From Isurus oxyrinchus (Eukaryota), in the NCBI GenBank assembly GCA_026770705.1, contig JANJGN010000008.1, forward strand, positions 170,748,001 to 170,812,000: a stretch of 64,000 nucleotides of DNA, written 5' to 3'. Within the stretch, counting starts at the first letter, position 1. Every line of letters starts with the position of its first letter. Under the pieces are notes generated by a model, which worked only from the letters and a program-made list of their open reading frames with translations, was not told the origin of the DNA and made no database searches. This document shows positions 26,594-39,479 of the stretch, one piece after another. The position numbers were made by a program, and so were the translations under genes.

Positions 26594-29500
26594 TCATTGG
26601 GGACGATGTCTCACTGGATTGAAATATCCTGCTACCCCTCCCCCTCAGCTCTCCCTGGTCTTTAACAGTCTGCCTTCAAAATTATCCTACGCCAGGATAA
26701 TAAAAAACGTCCCAGTCTGATTTAATTAGATGCGAATATTATGATCTGGACAGCAACGATTTGTCCGAACTAGGTAATTTGGTTAATCAGGGAGCCGTGT
26801 GAACAAGTGGAAATATTCTCAGCGTCGCATTTACAAGTAAAAACGCGATTTAAAAGAAAACATCGCTAAAGCCAAAAAAAACCCGTCGAATTCATTTGAG
26901 AAATGCGGAGATCTGCAACTCCTGATATGTTTGCAGCAAAGACCAATTATTCACATAACCAACATCCGAACTGGATACAGTTCTGCGACGATTCAATTCT
27001 TTCCACCTAATCTTTGCTAATATACTCAACTGGGGGATTGACTGCATTTTTACAATCAACAGACGTATTTTTTTTCCAAAAAAAAACTTTTAAATCGGGT
27101 TTACAGTAGGGCTGCAAGAAGCTGCTAATAAGACGTGGACTATTTCATAATTTCCTTTCCACATCAAAAGGATTCAAGATGCTTAATGTATCCTCTCAAG
27201 GAAATATTATGTCGCTCTTTAAGTAAAAAGCCCCTTTTATTTGATGTGTTTCTGCACGTTTTCTTTTTTTTATGAGCGGAGTTATGAGGTTAGCTGCAGG
27301 GGGTATTCGTCTGCGGGAAATCTGTCTACAAATGAAATTTTTAGACGCAGAAGTGTTACTGGAATGTTCGATGTATTTGCTTTCTCAGTTAAAACAGGAC
27401 ACAACAGTATCTGGTTACCCGGCGGGCGCGGCTTCCAGCTCAGGGGACCAGCATTTTTTTTTTAAATAACAACAAAACAGGAAAATGATGTTACATCCCT
27501 TCCAAATGTCGCTTTTGTGCATGTTCACACCGCGCAATGATGCCAGCTAATGAAGATGGGAGGGTCAATACCCCGACCCTATTGTTTGGTTTGAAACATG
27601 TTAAAATGTTTTAAAATGAAACGACTGGGGATTTAACCTGATCCGAATCTACTCATCCCTGAAAAAAATAAGATTATTGGAACTGTGTGAATACATAGAG
27701 ATTTATTTTTTAACCGAGGTTCAGTTTTGCTTTTTGCACTATCACAAATGGATATCCAAGCATTTATATACAAAGCAGACTGTAAGGAACTTGTTTCCGA
27801 ACGAAGCAACTACATATGGAAAAGCATTTCCCTATAAATTGTTTCCCGGGTTTAAACTTCATTTTAACGTTAAGTGCATACTTTATTTTCAGGATATGCG
27901 TTTACATATAAAATGATTTTTTTAATAAAGTATTTGGAACTTTGTGTTCAGATCATGAAAATAAACAGATACAATGAATTTGACACGTACATTGCTACAT
28001 GTGTGACCTTGTGTGTTCATGTGTGTCTGAACCGGTTAACCATTGTATGATGAAATCAAGATTTAATATCGGGAAGGAACAAGCAGGCATTCATTACAAC
28101 GCCAAGATCTGTACGGTTAAGTCTATAACACAATGAGAAGTTAAGCGAAGTCAGAGAATAGCCTATGAAGGTGTTCATTTAACATTCAGCGTTGTTTACT
28201 GCAATTGATTTCGACCCAAGTAAGGCAGCAGAGTTAGATAAACTTCTAAAATGCTTTTATTCGTGTCAATGTATTGGTGCTTACGTCATATACCCATGTT
28301 AATGTGTATCCTTTTCATTACTGGTAATAATTGTAGATTCCCATTTTGAATTTATTTGTTTATATATACATATATATATATATCACACTGTGGTTCAACT
28401 CTCCCACTTCTCATTAAATGTAGCCACCTGCAGAACATATTCGGCGCATCAGCCCTACGACCAAAGGCTCGAGAGCCACATTGTGTCATTCATTAAAACT
28501 CAAGTGAACACTTAAATGTCGCGGTTGCTTCATGATCTGGAGAAACCAGTCAAAATGTCCAAGGGTCCACACACATAAACGCTTTTAAACAAAATTAGAA
28601 AGTACACTTCACACATTGAACCGACCTTACTCCAACCGCACTTTAACATCTTTACGCATCAACTCAAGTAGCAATTAGCTGGTCCTTTCATTAATTAACT
28701 ATTCCTGGTAGATTTTACTTGAGGACAGGTTATTACACCCCATTTCAGAAAGATGTGAAAGGAATATAGACATTTTTAATAATCCTCACAACGAGAAAGG
28801 GAGTATAGCGAATTACTAATCCTGCATTTAAAAAAAAATCTATATTGTTGCTTTGATGACACGTCAACATATTTCTCGGGCAAGTAGATTAATTAAGTGC
28901 CAAGTCAAACATAAAAAGGTGAAAGGTCAGTTATACGAGTTGAGTGTGATTATGACCATTTTAGTACTGCCCATCTTCGGCACATCTTCCACCACCATTT
29001 AAATGTTTATTACAGGGCCAGGGTGTGTTCACATCGAAGTATTTTGAGAGTTTCACAAATTCAGCCTGAAGACAACCAGAGCCGCACTTAATTTGTGGTT
29101 ATTTTTTTGAGCCAAACCATCAGTGAACCACTTTTACATTTTGTGAAATTGACAAGAGCTGTTGGGACAGGAATCCTGTTGCTCTAAGAAGGAGCTGAGC
29201 CAACTTAGAGCCAAGCTGGAAAGTGTTTCAACAGGAACAGGGCAAAGTGTAACACAATTTACTTACCTCAGCGAAAAACGGTTAAACTTAAAAGGATTAA
29301 AACCAAAGAGGGTTTAACCTAAGATGGTCACACTTTTCTGAGACCTGGTAAACATACACATCCCGTAAGAACTAAACCCAAGATTCCTTAAGTGTGCAGT
29401 TATTTTCAGTTGTGCAAATCACTTTTACACGAATACAAGATGGCAAAATATTTCGAAAGGTATTTGTTCGCTACTCGTAGTTTAGTTTAGTGAAATGCTA

Positions 29501-32500
29501 TGTTTATTCGAATGAAATGAATATAATTATAGTAAAGTATTGTTATAAACCAGGGTGGTTGATGTATTTAATCCCAGAAGGCACACACGGGTATCACTAA
29601 TCTCGAGAAAATGTATCAAGCCCCAAAGTTTTATTCTTACTCTTTAGATTAAACTTTCAATAGAAAAATATTCAGTAAACTGTGTAATTTGCTTCATTTT
29701 TGTATCGTTAAACTAAGAATCTGTTTAGGTGTTTCTAGATGACATCACTTCAGTTTAAAGTATGACACAGATCTCTCTGAAATTTGACATATTTGTAGAC
29801 TTTCTTTGTAACTCTGGGGTTTCAGAAAGGTTAAACTTAATTAGAATTTTAGGTTCTCGGTAAGTTTAAGTGCATTGCTTTCGTTTCACAGATATTTAAC
29901 AAACTCTAGTGAAGGAAGACCGCTAGCAGCTCAAATTATTTCTTTTAATTAGAAAATCATCCGAAATGAATAGGAACTCCCGTTGTTTGTACAAGAAATT
30001 ACTGACTCGTGTTTATTCGTTTTGCTTAATAAGGAGCTGAAACTCACACACCCACCACAGGAATCAATCTGTTAAATTGATTTGTTCACACCTCTGACCA
30101 CGTGTACTGTGAAATCTGCACTGTGACTTTTACTGCAAGCCGCTGTTTGGAAAGCAATTCTTTTTTTGGTCGAAACATCAACCCAAATAGTTCACTCAGA
30201 CCCCTCAAATATCAGTTTAAGGTATAAATAGATGTTACAGGGAACACCGACAGACCCTGTTGTCAGCTGCATTCTGTGTTGGGAGATGTCTGGTCAGCTG
30301 ACGACGTCTGATCCTGGATGTGAACACAGTCTGTTGTAGTAACTGGTCCCTGTTGTACAACAGATTAATCATTAATTCAGCCTGACTGACATCTGTTGAC
30401 CAGTTGTTACCTCCCTACCCTAACAAGGCGACTGGACTGATAAAACAGTTCAAGCATATTGGACTTTACAATCATTAGTTACTTTAGTTAATCAATTGAG
30501 AAGACCTGACCGGTCAAGCCATTAATACCCAGTAAACCAGAATAATTAATACTGTCTGTTAACATTGCGAGGGTGATATGGGGTCAACTGTACGGAACAC
30601 AACTGTGCCAATGATAGATTTAAGTTTGGATGCTGGCCAATGGGGAACTATAGGTGGACCATGGAATTAGACACGAGGGATTTGTTCAAAACGCAATATA
30701 TTCTTGGCATCGGAAAGAATAAAATTGCAATATAAAGTACCTATTGATTGTTTACTTTTTAGCAAGATCCAAATTTCGATATAATGTTCTAGAAAACATT
30801 GAGGGGAAAGAAACAAACAGTTAGCAGTTAACTCTTTAGCTGCAGATTGAGGGAGGTAAAACCTTTATCAAATACTAAGAGGTAGCGGACAATGTGAATT
30901 CTAAAAGTACTCAGTGATGGGAGGCATTTTGTAAGCAGTTGTGTTCCATAATTTGCATTAAGAAACCTGGTTTAACTAGTGCTCCGCACGTGCTGCCACT
31001 TGTCCTAGTCAAACGTGTCATTTATTACGTTTCGAGACTTTTCTTTCCTCTTTTAAGTAAGCTCAATACGAATTGAAATTCAAAGTTACTTTCTCAGTAT
31101 TTTAGACCTATTAGCTAGTACCTATGCCAATCAATGGACCCTGCATAATTCATTATCCTGCTTGATTATGCTCATAATCTACTACTGTAAAACCTTAGAG
31201 TAAGTGTGATTTTATTGTGTGATGGTGCGGGAAGGCATGTTATGTTACATTAAGACTTTCTGGAACATAGCTAAAGTCAATGGCAATTCACTGACCATGG
31301 TTTTATATTAACCTCGGCGGAGAGGCGTGCAATGCGAAGGCCAACTTTCTGGCTGGTAATCAGCTTTGCAATCATATTTGGTAATTCATGACGTTGAATA
31401 GGTGTCTTTCCCATCCATCAAAACGCAAGTGCAAACTGTCAGCAATTGATGAGTCTTATACTGTCGTTTAATATGATCTATGCTGTACACTTTAGTTGTG
31501 ACATCAATTTATTCCACACTTGATTCATTAATGCGGTCTATAGATCAATCAGCAGTTTGGGTTAGCTAGCCTTCTTGGATGCAATATATTTCAAACCTCT
31601 TGTTCTAATCGTTTACAAGAACTATAGTCCCTCTCCATTACATGTATGTGACGCTTTTGTCTATTTCATTCAACAAACTGAAGACCGCAATCTACCCACA
31701 TCCCAAAACTTTCTAGTGAAGGTGCCAGAGATATTAAGTACGCCCCCCGGGTCCAATTACTTTGTAAATAATATGGCGAACACATACCATATCACGGCAT
31801 TTTAACCTACAAAAAGTTTGGAATGATCATTGAAAACGCACAGGAAGGGCACATCCTTAGCGTAATTTTCAATGACAACTTATATAATGTGAAAACCTGA
31901 CAAACACAATTCTAACTTGCCAATCTGACACTTGATCCCAAACTTGAGTGATGGATTTGCATTTGCAGAAATTGAGGAAGACGGGGAAAGTTAGTTCTAC
32001 AGTGAATATAAACGCAATTCCCTGATCTTACACTCAACGTGTATGGCAAAATAAGGCCGCCTTAGTCTGTAACACATTGTGAGATGCCACTGGACGCAAA
32101 CTGCCCTGGATCCGAGCTGCAATGTTATCCAATAATCCGCGATTTAATATAGTTCACAACCTATAAGCAATTGTATCGTTATATTGACGTACAACCTACA
32201 CCAAGCAAGAAGACAAAGGTTTACTTCCTATTTTACTTTATATCCTGCAGGATGTCACAAAGTTAAAACGAATAGTTTGCATGGTTTTGTTTTGTTGTTT
32301 CTAACTAGCTTGACCAACACTACTGAGTGTTATTGTGTGAAACTGAATATTCCACTGGCAAGAGTAAAATGTCCTCACTGTACTCAGGCTAGTTTAGAAT
32401 TTCTTAATGATAGGAAACAGAGACGTATAGTTTCGGTTTAGTAACACAATGACGTGGAGTTAGAAAAAAGCTGTTACAAAAGCAGGGTGTAAAATCGAAG

Positions 32501-35500
32501 GAGTTTACAGAAAAGATTATGGCCTCTTTGAAGAACTTTTTACAAACTTAACAACAAAATCAATTGTCCACAATCTAATCTCATATTGTTTAGCTGCTAT
32601 TTAAGTTTTAGCTTGTTTTATATTCAAACAATATTGGTTATCAGAACGGCAAATTTCTTAACATCTCAAATTGTTATAAAACAGGCAACAGACAATTACG
32701 TTTACTGAAACTCAGTCTTACAATTAGTGTTACACAGTGGAAGACAAACTCTTTCAATAGTTTTTATAGACAGATTATTTCAAGATTCCTGGTGGTTAAA
32801 CTTAAAACTTTACCCAAAGCCAGGATGAAATAAGCACAGCAGATCACAGTGTACATAATGTTCTTTTATTTTCACATAGATTTCTCTTGTCCTGGCCGAG
32901 ATATAAAGCAGCGCCCCATTCTATGAAACAGTTCGATTTCCTGTTTTTATTAACATTCTGACAACACACGTTGTTGAATCAAAGATAACAACCGTAACGT
33001 AAATATATCACAGGACGTGGACAGTTGAAGCGATCGAGAGATGGATACAGCGTTTCTGGTGAGCAGAAGCACATGAAGGCGGCATGCAACCTGATATGTC
33101 CTGACAGTGTCTATGGCACTGATAATACGGGAGAGCGCTATAGGAGTAAGTCAAACTATCTGGAAGCGACATTTGGATAATTAGCCACCATTGAACGGTC
33201 AATCAAGCGAGCAGAAAAACAGGACAAAAACCCACAGTGGAGTTGCAAAACAAAAGAAACCTCACCATGCACAGGATTAACCGTTCTAAAGCGATCTAAA
33301 TGCTGTTGTGTTTGAAAGGACCGGTCCCCACTGTACCGCCGGTTTGCTAATTGTTAGATTAGTACGGTTTAAACTACCTTTTTCGTATTTAAAAAAAAAA
33401 ATCACGCCAAACGGATCTATCACAATTCGCGCAATACATCGAATCCTTTTCAGTCTTAAGTATTTTACAACACCCAGTTTCTGTCCTGACAGAAAAGTGT
33501 ACATAATACATTTAAGTCAAATATTGACAATAGAACGGTCTGTTTTATCCTTCAGTGTCCCATGCCTACGTTTTTTGTGCAATTACAATCAGTATTTATA
33601 ATTTCCTGTCTATCTGTCTCTTTAAGCCTGCTTCATGATGATAAGGATTAAAATCCATAACCTTAAAGCGTCGCGAATCTACATAATAACATTGCAACTG
33701 CTTAAAGATCGGCCTCGTCCTACACGGACCCCATGTAAATTAAAACATGCAGAATGCTTAATTGAATAAATACATATTTAATACATGCACATTCGATCAG
33801 GGCATCATAACGTCTAGATGTTGGTTTATACATTATACATCATTCTTATACACAGGATGTCTGCAGGCGTGTATGAAATATGATATTGCAACATTCACAA
33901 ACGATTAATGCATCAGCCAAGCATAAATTAATCACTGGTGCTAAATCTTCACACTCTAATAAATTTGCAGTTGACTCGAATAACATCACGCCACCATTGG
34001 ATAAATGATGCCTTACCGCCAACCAGTCTCGTCCTCTGCAGAGCGATTTCCAGACTCGTCTCCTTACAGGACTGTAACCTGGATGTTTATGAGCACTTGG
34101 ACTATCTGCTGTTCGATCTTCACTAACTCAGACGAAACACCACATACAGTTGTGATCCAGAGCCTCACTCCCTTTATAATCATTGTGTATAACTGACCTC
34201 TGACCCATCCGCATCGTCAAACTCCTTGGTTGCATCAAATCTTCATCCATTTTTGAACTTTATAAAGTAGGATCGGGTGACTTTTCCTGTTAAAATTGTC
34301 TGTGACGGACAAGTCAACCACGTTTGATCATGATCTAGCTAACGCCAATGACAACACACCTCACATTCGTCAGTTTTTTTTAGATCATAGCATGCACAGT
34401 AAACGTGCTCTATCTAATACTGCCGATTTATTTGACAACAGTGGGATAAACGTGTTATAAACAATTGTAATTAATCCCAAAAGCTGGCACCAGTTTTGCG
34501 TCGTTCATGAGAAATATCCCAATAATAATGGTAACGGGGACAGGGTGTTTAAAACGGTTATGGTTTTGAAATAACACGTTCCTCTTTCGGATTAATTGTT
34601 GCATAGCCAGACTGTCTCGGGATAGCAAAAGACCCCATACACCGCCCGTTTAATAAGTTCAAGACATGCCCTTTACCTTTATTTCCCTTAGTCTCACTCA
34701 GTGGAAATCAAATCCTTCCGATGAAGTGCTACACCGGAAAGGAATAACTACTTCCACGTCGGTTGCGTCTATTAACAGGAAAAATCATGTTCGCCCCATT
34801 ATAACAAATGGTTTTTATTACCATTTTATAGTCAGCCACCTCATCTAGCAAGGCCTATTGAAAACCAAGCACATGTCCTTTCTAACGGCATTAACCTGAG
34901 GACAAACATGGAGTCGTTAGCGGAAAAAAAAACCGTGTTTGCTTTAAAAAGGATTTACAAACTTGGCAGTTGTGAGTTGAACTGGTGGAACTGGGTGAAG
35001 GAGGACAGCTTGCGATGTATTTAAAAATGCCATGAAGTGGCGAAGACAGAAAGAGGGAATAACTGTTGTTATAAAAGAAAGGGCTGATTGTTCCTATAAA
35101 TGCTCACGACTTGATGGACAAATGGCTGCTCCTTTGGGGTTTTGTAATTGCTATTGATTCTTAATCTTGTAACAGCTCTTATTTTATTTACGCAATTGAG
35201 TTAGAGTTTATTTTCTGCCACGCGTAGCGTCTTTAATACATCCTGTCACAATCCACATTTCCAGGACCTAAATGAATGCTTCGTGTGTCCCGTTATCCCA
35301 CCTAGTCTTCCTCAAAGTTCTGTGAAGTGCCATTATTTTGAAAACAGTCTGTTTGGAGGTGACAAAAATGGTAAGCACGTACTTCATTTACATCATTCAT
35401 ATTACATGAACCCACTTAAAGTCCTAACGTATGACAGCGCTCTTTCGCTGTAACAGTAATGTAAGAGAAGCTCAGTGCTCAGGCTGTTTTACCTGCACGC

Positions 35501-38500
35501 ATCCCAGGTTGGCATATATGATGTAGAAGAGCGAGCCGGTTTAAATTACCACTGGTCCTCCTGTGCAGGAGCTGATGACCCTGAATCTTTCACATGATAT
35601 ATTAGAAATGACATTATGATGATTGACACTTTCAGGGACACTCACTCTAAATTCACATGCTGTAAAACCGTACATCATTTGGCACCTTGGTACATCTGGC
35701 TTAAAATATACTTCAATATTAACATAAATAAATGACTATACATGCAGCTTTAATAGACTTAAAACAGGAACACTAACAATATATCGGTGCAACTGGAAAC
35801 AGGTCATACATTTCAGCGGCATTTTAAATCTGAATATATTCCCAAATAATATAACATTAACTTGCATAAAGAGGACTATCTTGTTTTCTGGGGTTGTTTT
35901 CCTTTGTTGCAACATTCCATTAAACGCTTCTTGTAGTAAAGATGTGAAATTACATACAGAACTATACTCATAAAACGTAACATTTGGCGTGTGTTGGATT
36001 TTTAATTTATACAACACATAATCGCTGTTGTCCTGCATTTAATTGGACTTACAATTGCCAATAGCGAGATGTTAATCAAAATAAATTGGTGTTAAACAGT
36101 AAATCATTAAATCTGTATTGCAATGTAAGTGTAACTAATGTGTTTTGACTTAAAGCAACTGAATGCAAATAATGAATCTGTCACTGAAGATGTGCTCATT
36201 AAATAAAGCTCGGTGCACCAGGGTCCGTCAGATAGAAATTACATCGTCACGTGTGATGGGGGGGGTTGTACTTAACATAATGATATGTAAAAAGGAAAAA
36301 GTCAAGGAAGATGGGAAGGGAAGAAAACAGCAGAGCACAGGATGAAACATTTCTTCAAGAAATTTGGAGTATCAGCTAGTATAAACTAGAGAGAGCTTCT
36401 GAATATTAACACCTGCAATTACAATAAACCAAATAGCCGATGCCAAAATAGAAGCTGTCGACCAATATCTTGAATTGCGGTTGCTTATTGTAATTCCTTG
36501 GAAAGTAACAATCGGAATACATTATCAGCTGCTGTTATAGGCCGGATCGGAGCCACTCAGTGACATCCAGTGCTAAAAACATTTCACAATGCCATTAAGA
36601 GGCGATGGTATCTAGCCTAAACCTATGTAATACTTCGACAAATGTATGACGACGAAAAGTCCCCCCCCCCCCCCCCCCCGACCCCCAACACCCCCCCCCC
36701 CCCCCCCCCCACTCCCCCAATTAAATCTCATGGCCTAAGAGTCATGATGATTGAAATTACTGAGGTTTCCAGATGTTTTCCTTTTCATAGTTACGTTGTC
36801 ACCAGTAGACCAAACGAAACCCGGGATTCTGATTAGAATTTCAAACCAAGTCTGCACAGAACTGAGTGGAATTGCAACGATTTCTTTTGCCAGTGGATCC
36901 TAGAGGATTTTATTCCCGTGTTCTCAGATCCCGAGTTTGTGCAATAATGTCGATCTTGAACAATTAAATGTGCCAAAAGGTAATAGCTACACAATTCAAC
37001 CGTCCTCGTTTAACAATCGATCCCAAAAATCTGTAATTCTGTTTGTCAATGTCTTTCTCTGCTCTTTACTACCTATCTCCATTCATCAATCTTTATCTGT
37101 CAGTTTTTCAATAGCCGGTCAATATGTATCCATGTGCTCCTAAGTGCCACACGTACCATGATCTTATCACAGACTAATGAATCATTCGAAACTGCTTTTA
37201 AATGTAAGTTTACAACTGATGATTCGTGAGGATAACGTATTATTTTGCACAAACACAACTTTAGTGTTTTCTTGGTAAATTTCTGAAGGCAGATAGCCTG
37301 CTCGGTTTTGAGAGCAAGTCTGCTGTATAATTTGCTTGAAACTTATTGGCAATTCAACTGGAAGGGATACTCTTGATAACTAGTGTTCCTTCATATGAGG
37401 ATTACTGCACTGAGACAGCAAATAGAATTAATTCTTACTAATATAGATGTCCTTAGCCGTGGTCAAAGTCAACTTTATGGGGTCTCCCAACTGAAGCTGG
37501 ATTTGCCTCTTACATGATAAAGTTAAATTTAATGTGCAATCTTGCACATTTTGATTTGATATGTTCCATTTTGCCCTTTGTGTATTATTACTATAGACGG
37601 GAACGAGTCTGTGAATAGTTCTGACTGCCGACCCCACTGTAAGGATAAAACACTTACATTTCTATCATGCATGTATATTTCCCTTTCGCTCTTCAGTTTC
37701 TATCGTCATATCTGTGTAGTCAATTATACTCTCTCTATTTCTGAATACTTTTATGTTTTATAACTCGCCGTTGTATTTATATCCTTGAATCCCCTCTCTC
37801 TGTTCCTTTCGTTTTTTTTAATATTTACTACAGATCTAGAATTTAATTGTCTCTTTCTTTATTTCTTCATCGTCTTTCTCACCTACATTAAAAATACCCT
37901 TTCCCCTTCTGTTTCCTGGGCCACTGGCTCTTCCCCATTGAAGAGGTTAGTGTTTGATTGTTCCCAACCGCTATCAAACATGACCCTTAATATATACGGC
38001 TTATGCCTGTATGGTGCACTGAGCGACACCCAGAATCACCCAAGTCCAGATCATGTGCAGGAATAACGCAGTGACCTATGTTACATGCTCTATTGTATCA
38101 ATTAACCATAGTACCATTAGCAAAATTAATGTTTCCAAAACTGGGCTCAATTCATTTCATAAATTCCACTGGTATCTGTTAAAACACGTAGGCTGGATTC
38201 CACCCCCCACCCCCAACCCAACCCCGCCAAACTGTGCACACTGGGCATTAGTGCACCCACTCTGGCCATGTCACGATGTAATGAGAATGTATTACTGCTT
38301 CTCTGTAACTGATCTTATCTTGCTTCCAGCTAATGCAAGAAATCAAGTTGATTTCAACATATTTTTATAATTTTGCATTTGCCTCAATTTTAACCAGCAG
38401 CCAGGTCGGTCAAGAGGAATAACCTGGTCAGCATCACTGCTTGGAGGATTGTGGGTGCCACCCTGTCTTCTGCCACACTGTTTTTCTCTCGCCACATTTT

Positions 38501-38951
38501 CTGTTAGACGGTTTTAATTCTTACAGTCCCTATAACATCCAACATCTGTATAACTCTTACCGCATGTCACTCTATTTCCCGATCCTCTTCTTCAACTCAT
38601 GACTTTATCCCAAAGTGATCCCACAGTTCGTGCCGTGTCTACAATACCTCATTTTGGGTCTTTTTTGGGGGAAGTGGTTCCCTAAGGTGGTGACTTGTAC
38701 TGAAGTATGGTTCCCACATACATTTCACCAAATGGTTAATCATAATATACCCCTGTATTGGTCTGGGAGGTCAGTAGGCTATTTGGTTGGACGTTGGAGG
38801 TGGTATCAGAGTCGAGCTCCGTCTGTACCTTCTACACCAAAAGCAGGAGCCCTGATTGATCTTCCCCTTCGCTTGCCAAGGAATGCAGAGGTTAGATGTT
38901 GTAACTGACAACAGGAATCATATCTGAACCTTTTTGGCTCCATGTCGCACA

Positions 38952-39479
38952 CCACTGTACAGAGCTAATCTTCCACTGTACAGAGCTAGCCTTCCACTGT
39001 ACAGAGCTAACCTTCCACTGTACAGAGCTAGCCTTCTACTGTACAGAGCTAACCTTCCACTGTACAGAGCTAGCCTTCCACTGTACAGAGCAAATCTTCC
39101 ACTGTACAGAGCTAACCTTCCACTGTACAGAGCTAGCCTTCCACTGTACAGAGCAAATCTTCCACTGTACAGAGCTAGCCTTCCACTGTACAGAGCTAAC
39201 CTTCCACTGTACAGAGCTAGCCTTCCACTGTACAGAGCTAACCTTCCACTGTACAGAGCTAACCTTCCACTGTACAGAGCTAGCCTTCCACTGTACAGAG
39301 CAAATCTTCCACTGTACAGAGCTAACCTTCCACTGTACAGAGCTAGCCTTCCACTGTACAGAGCTAACCTTCCACTGTACAGAGCTGGCCTTCCACTGTA
39401 CAGAGCAAATCTTCCACTGTACAGAGTTAGCCTTCCACTGTACAGAGCTAACCTTCCACTGTACAGAGCTAGCCTTCCA
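38952..39479. repeat. Minisatellite, 25 x 21 bp (CCACTGTACAGAGCTARCCTT)
   Basis: Head-to-tail units without spacers; variants gctaacctt, gctagcctt and gcaaatctt. Confidence 0.98.
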
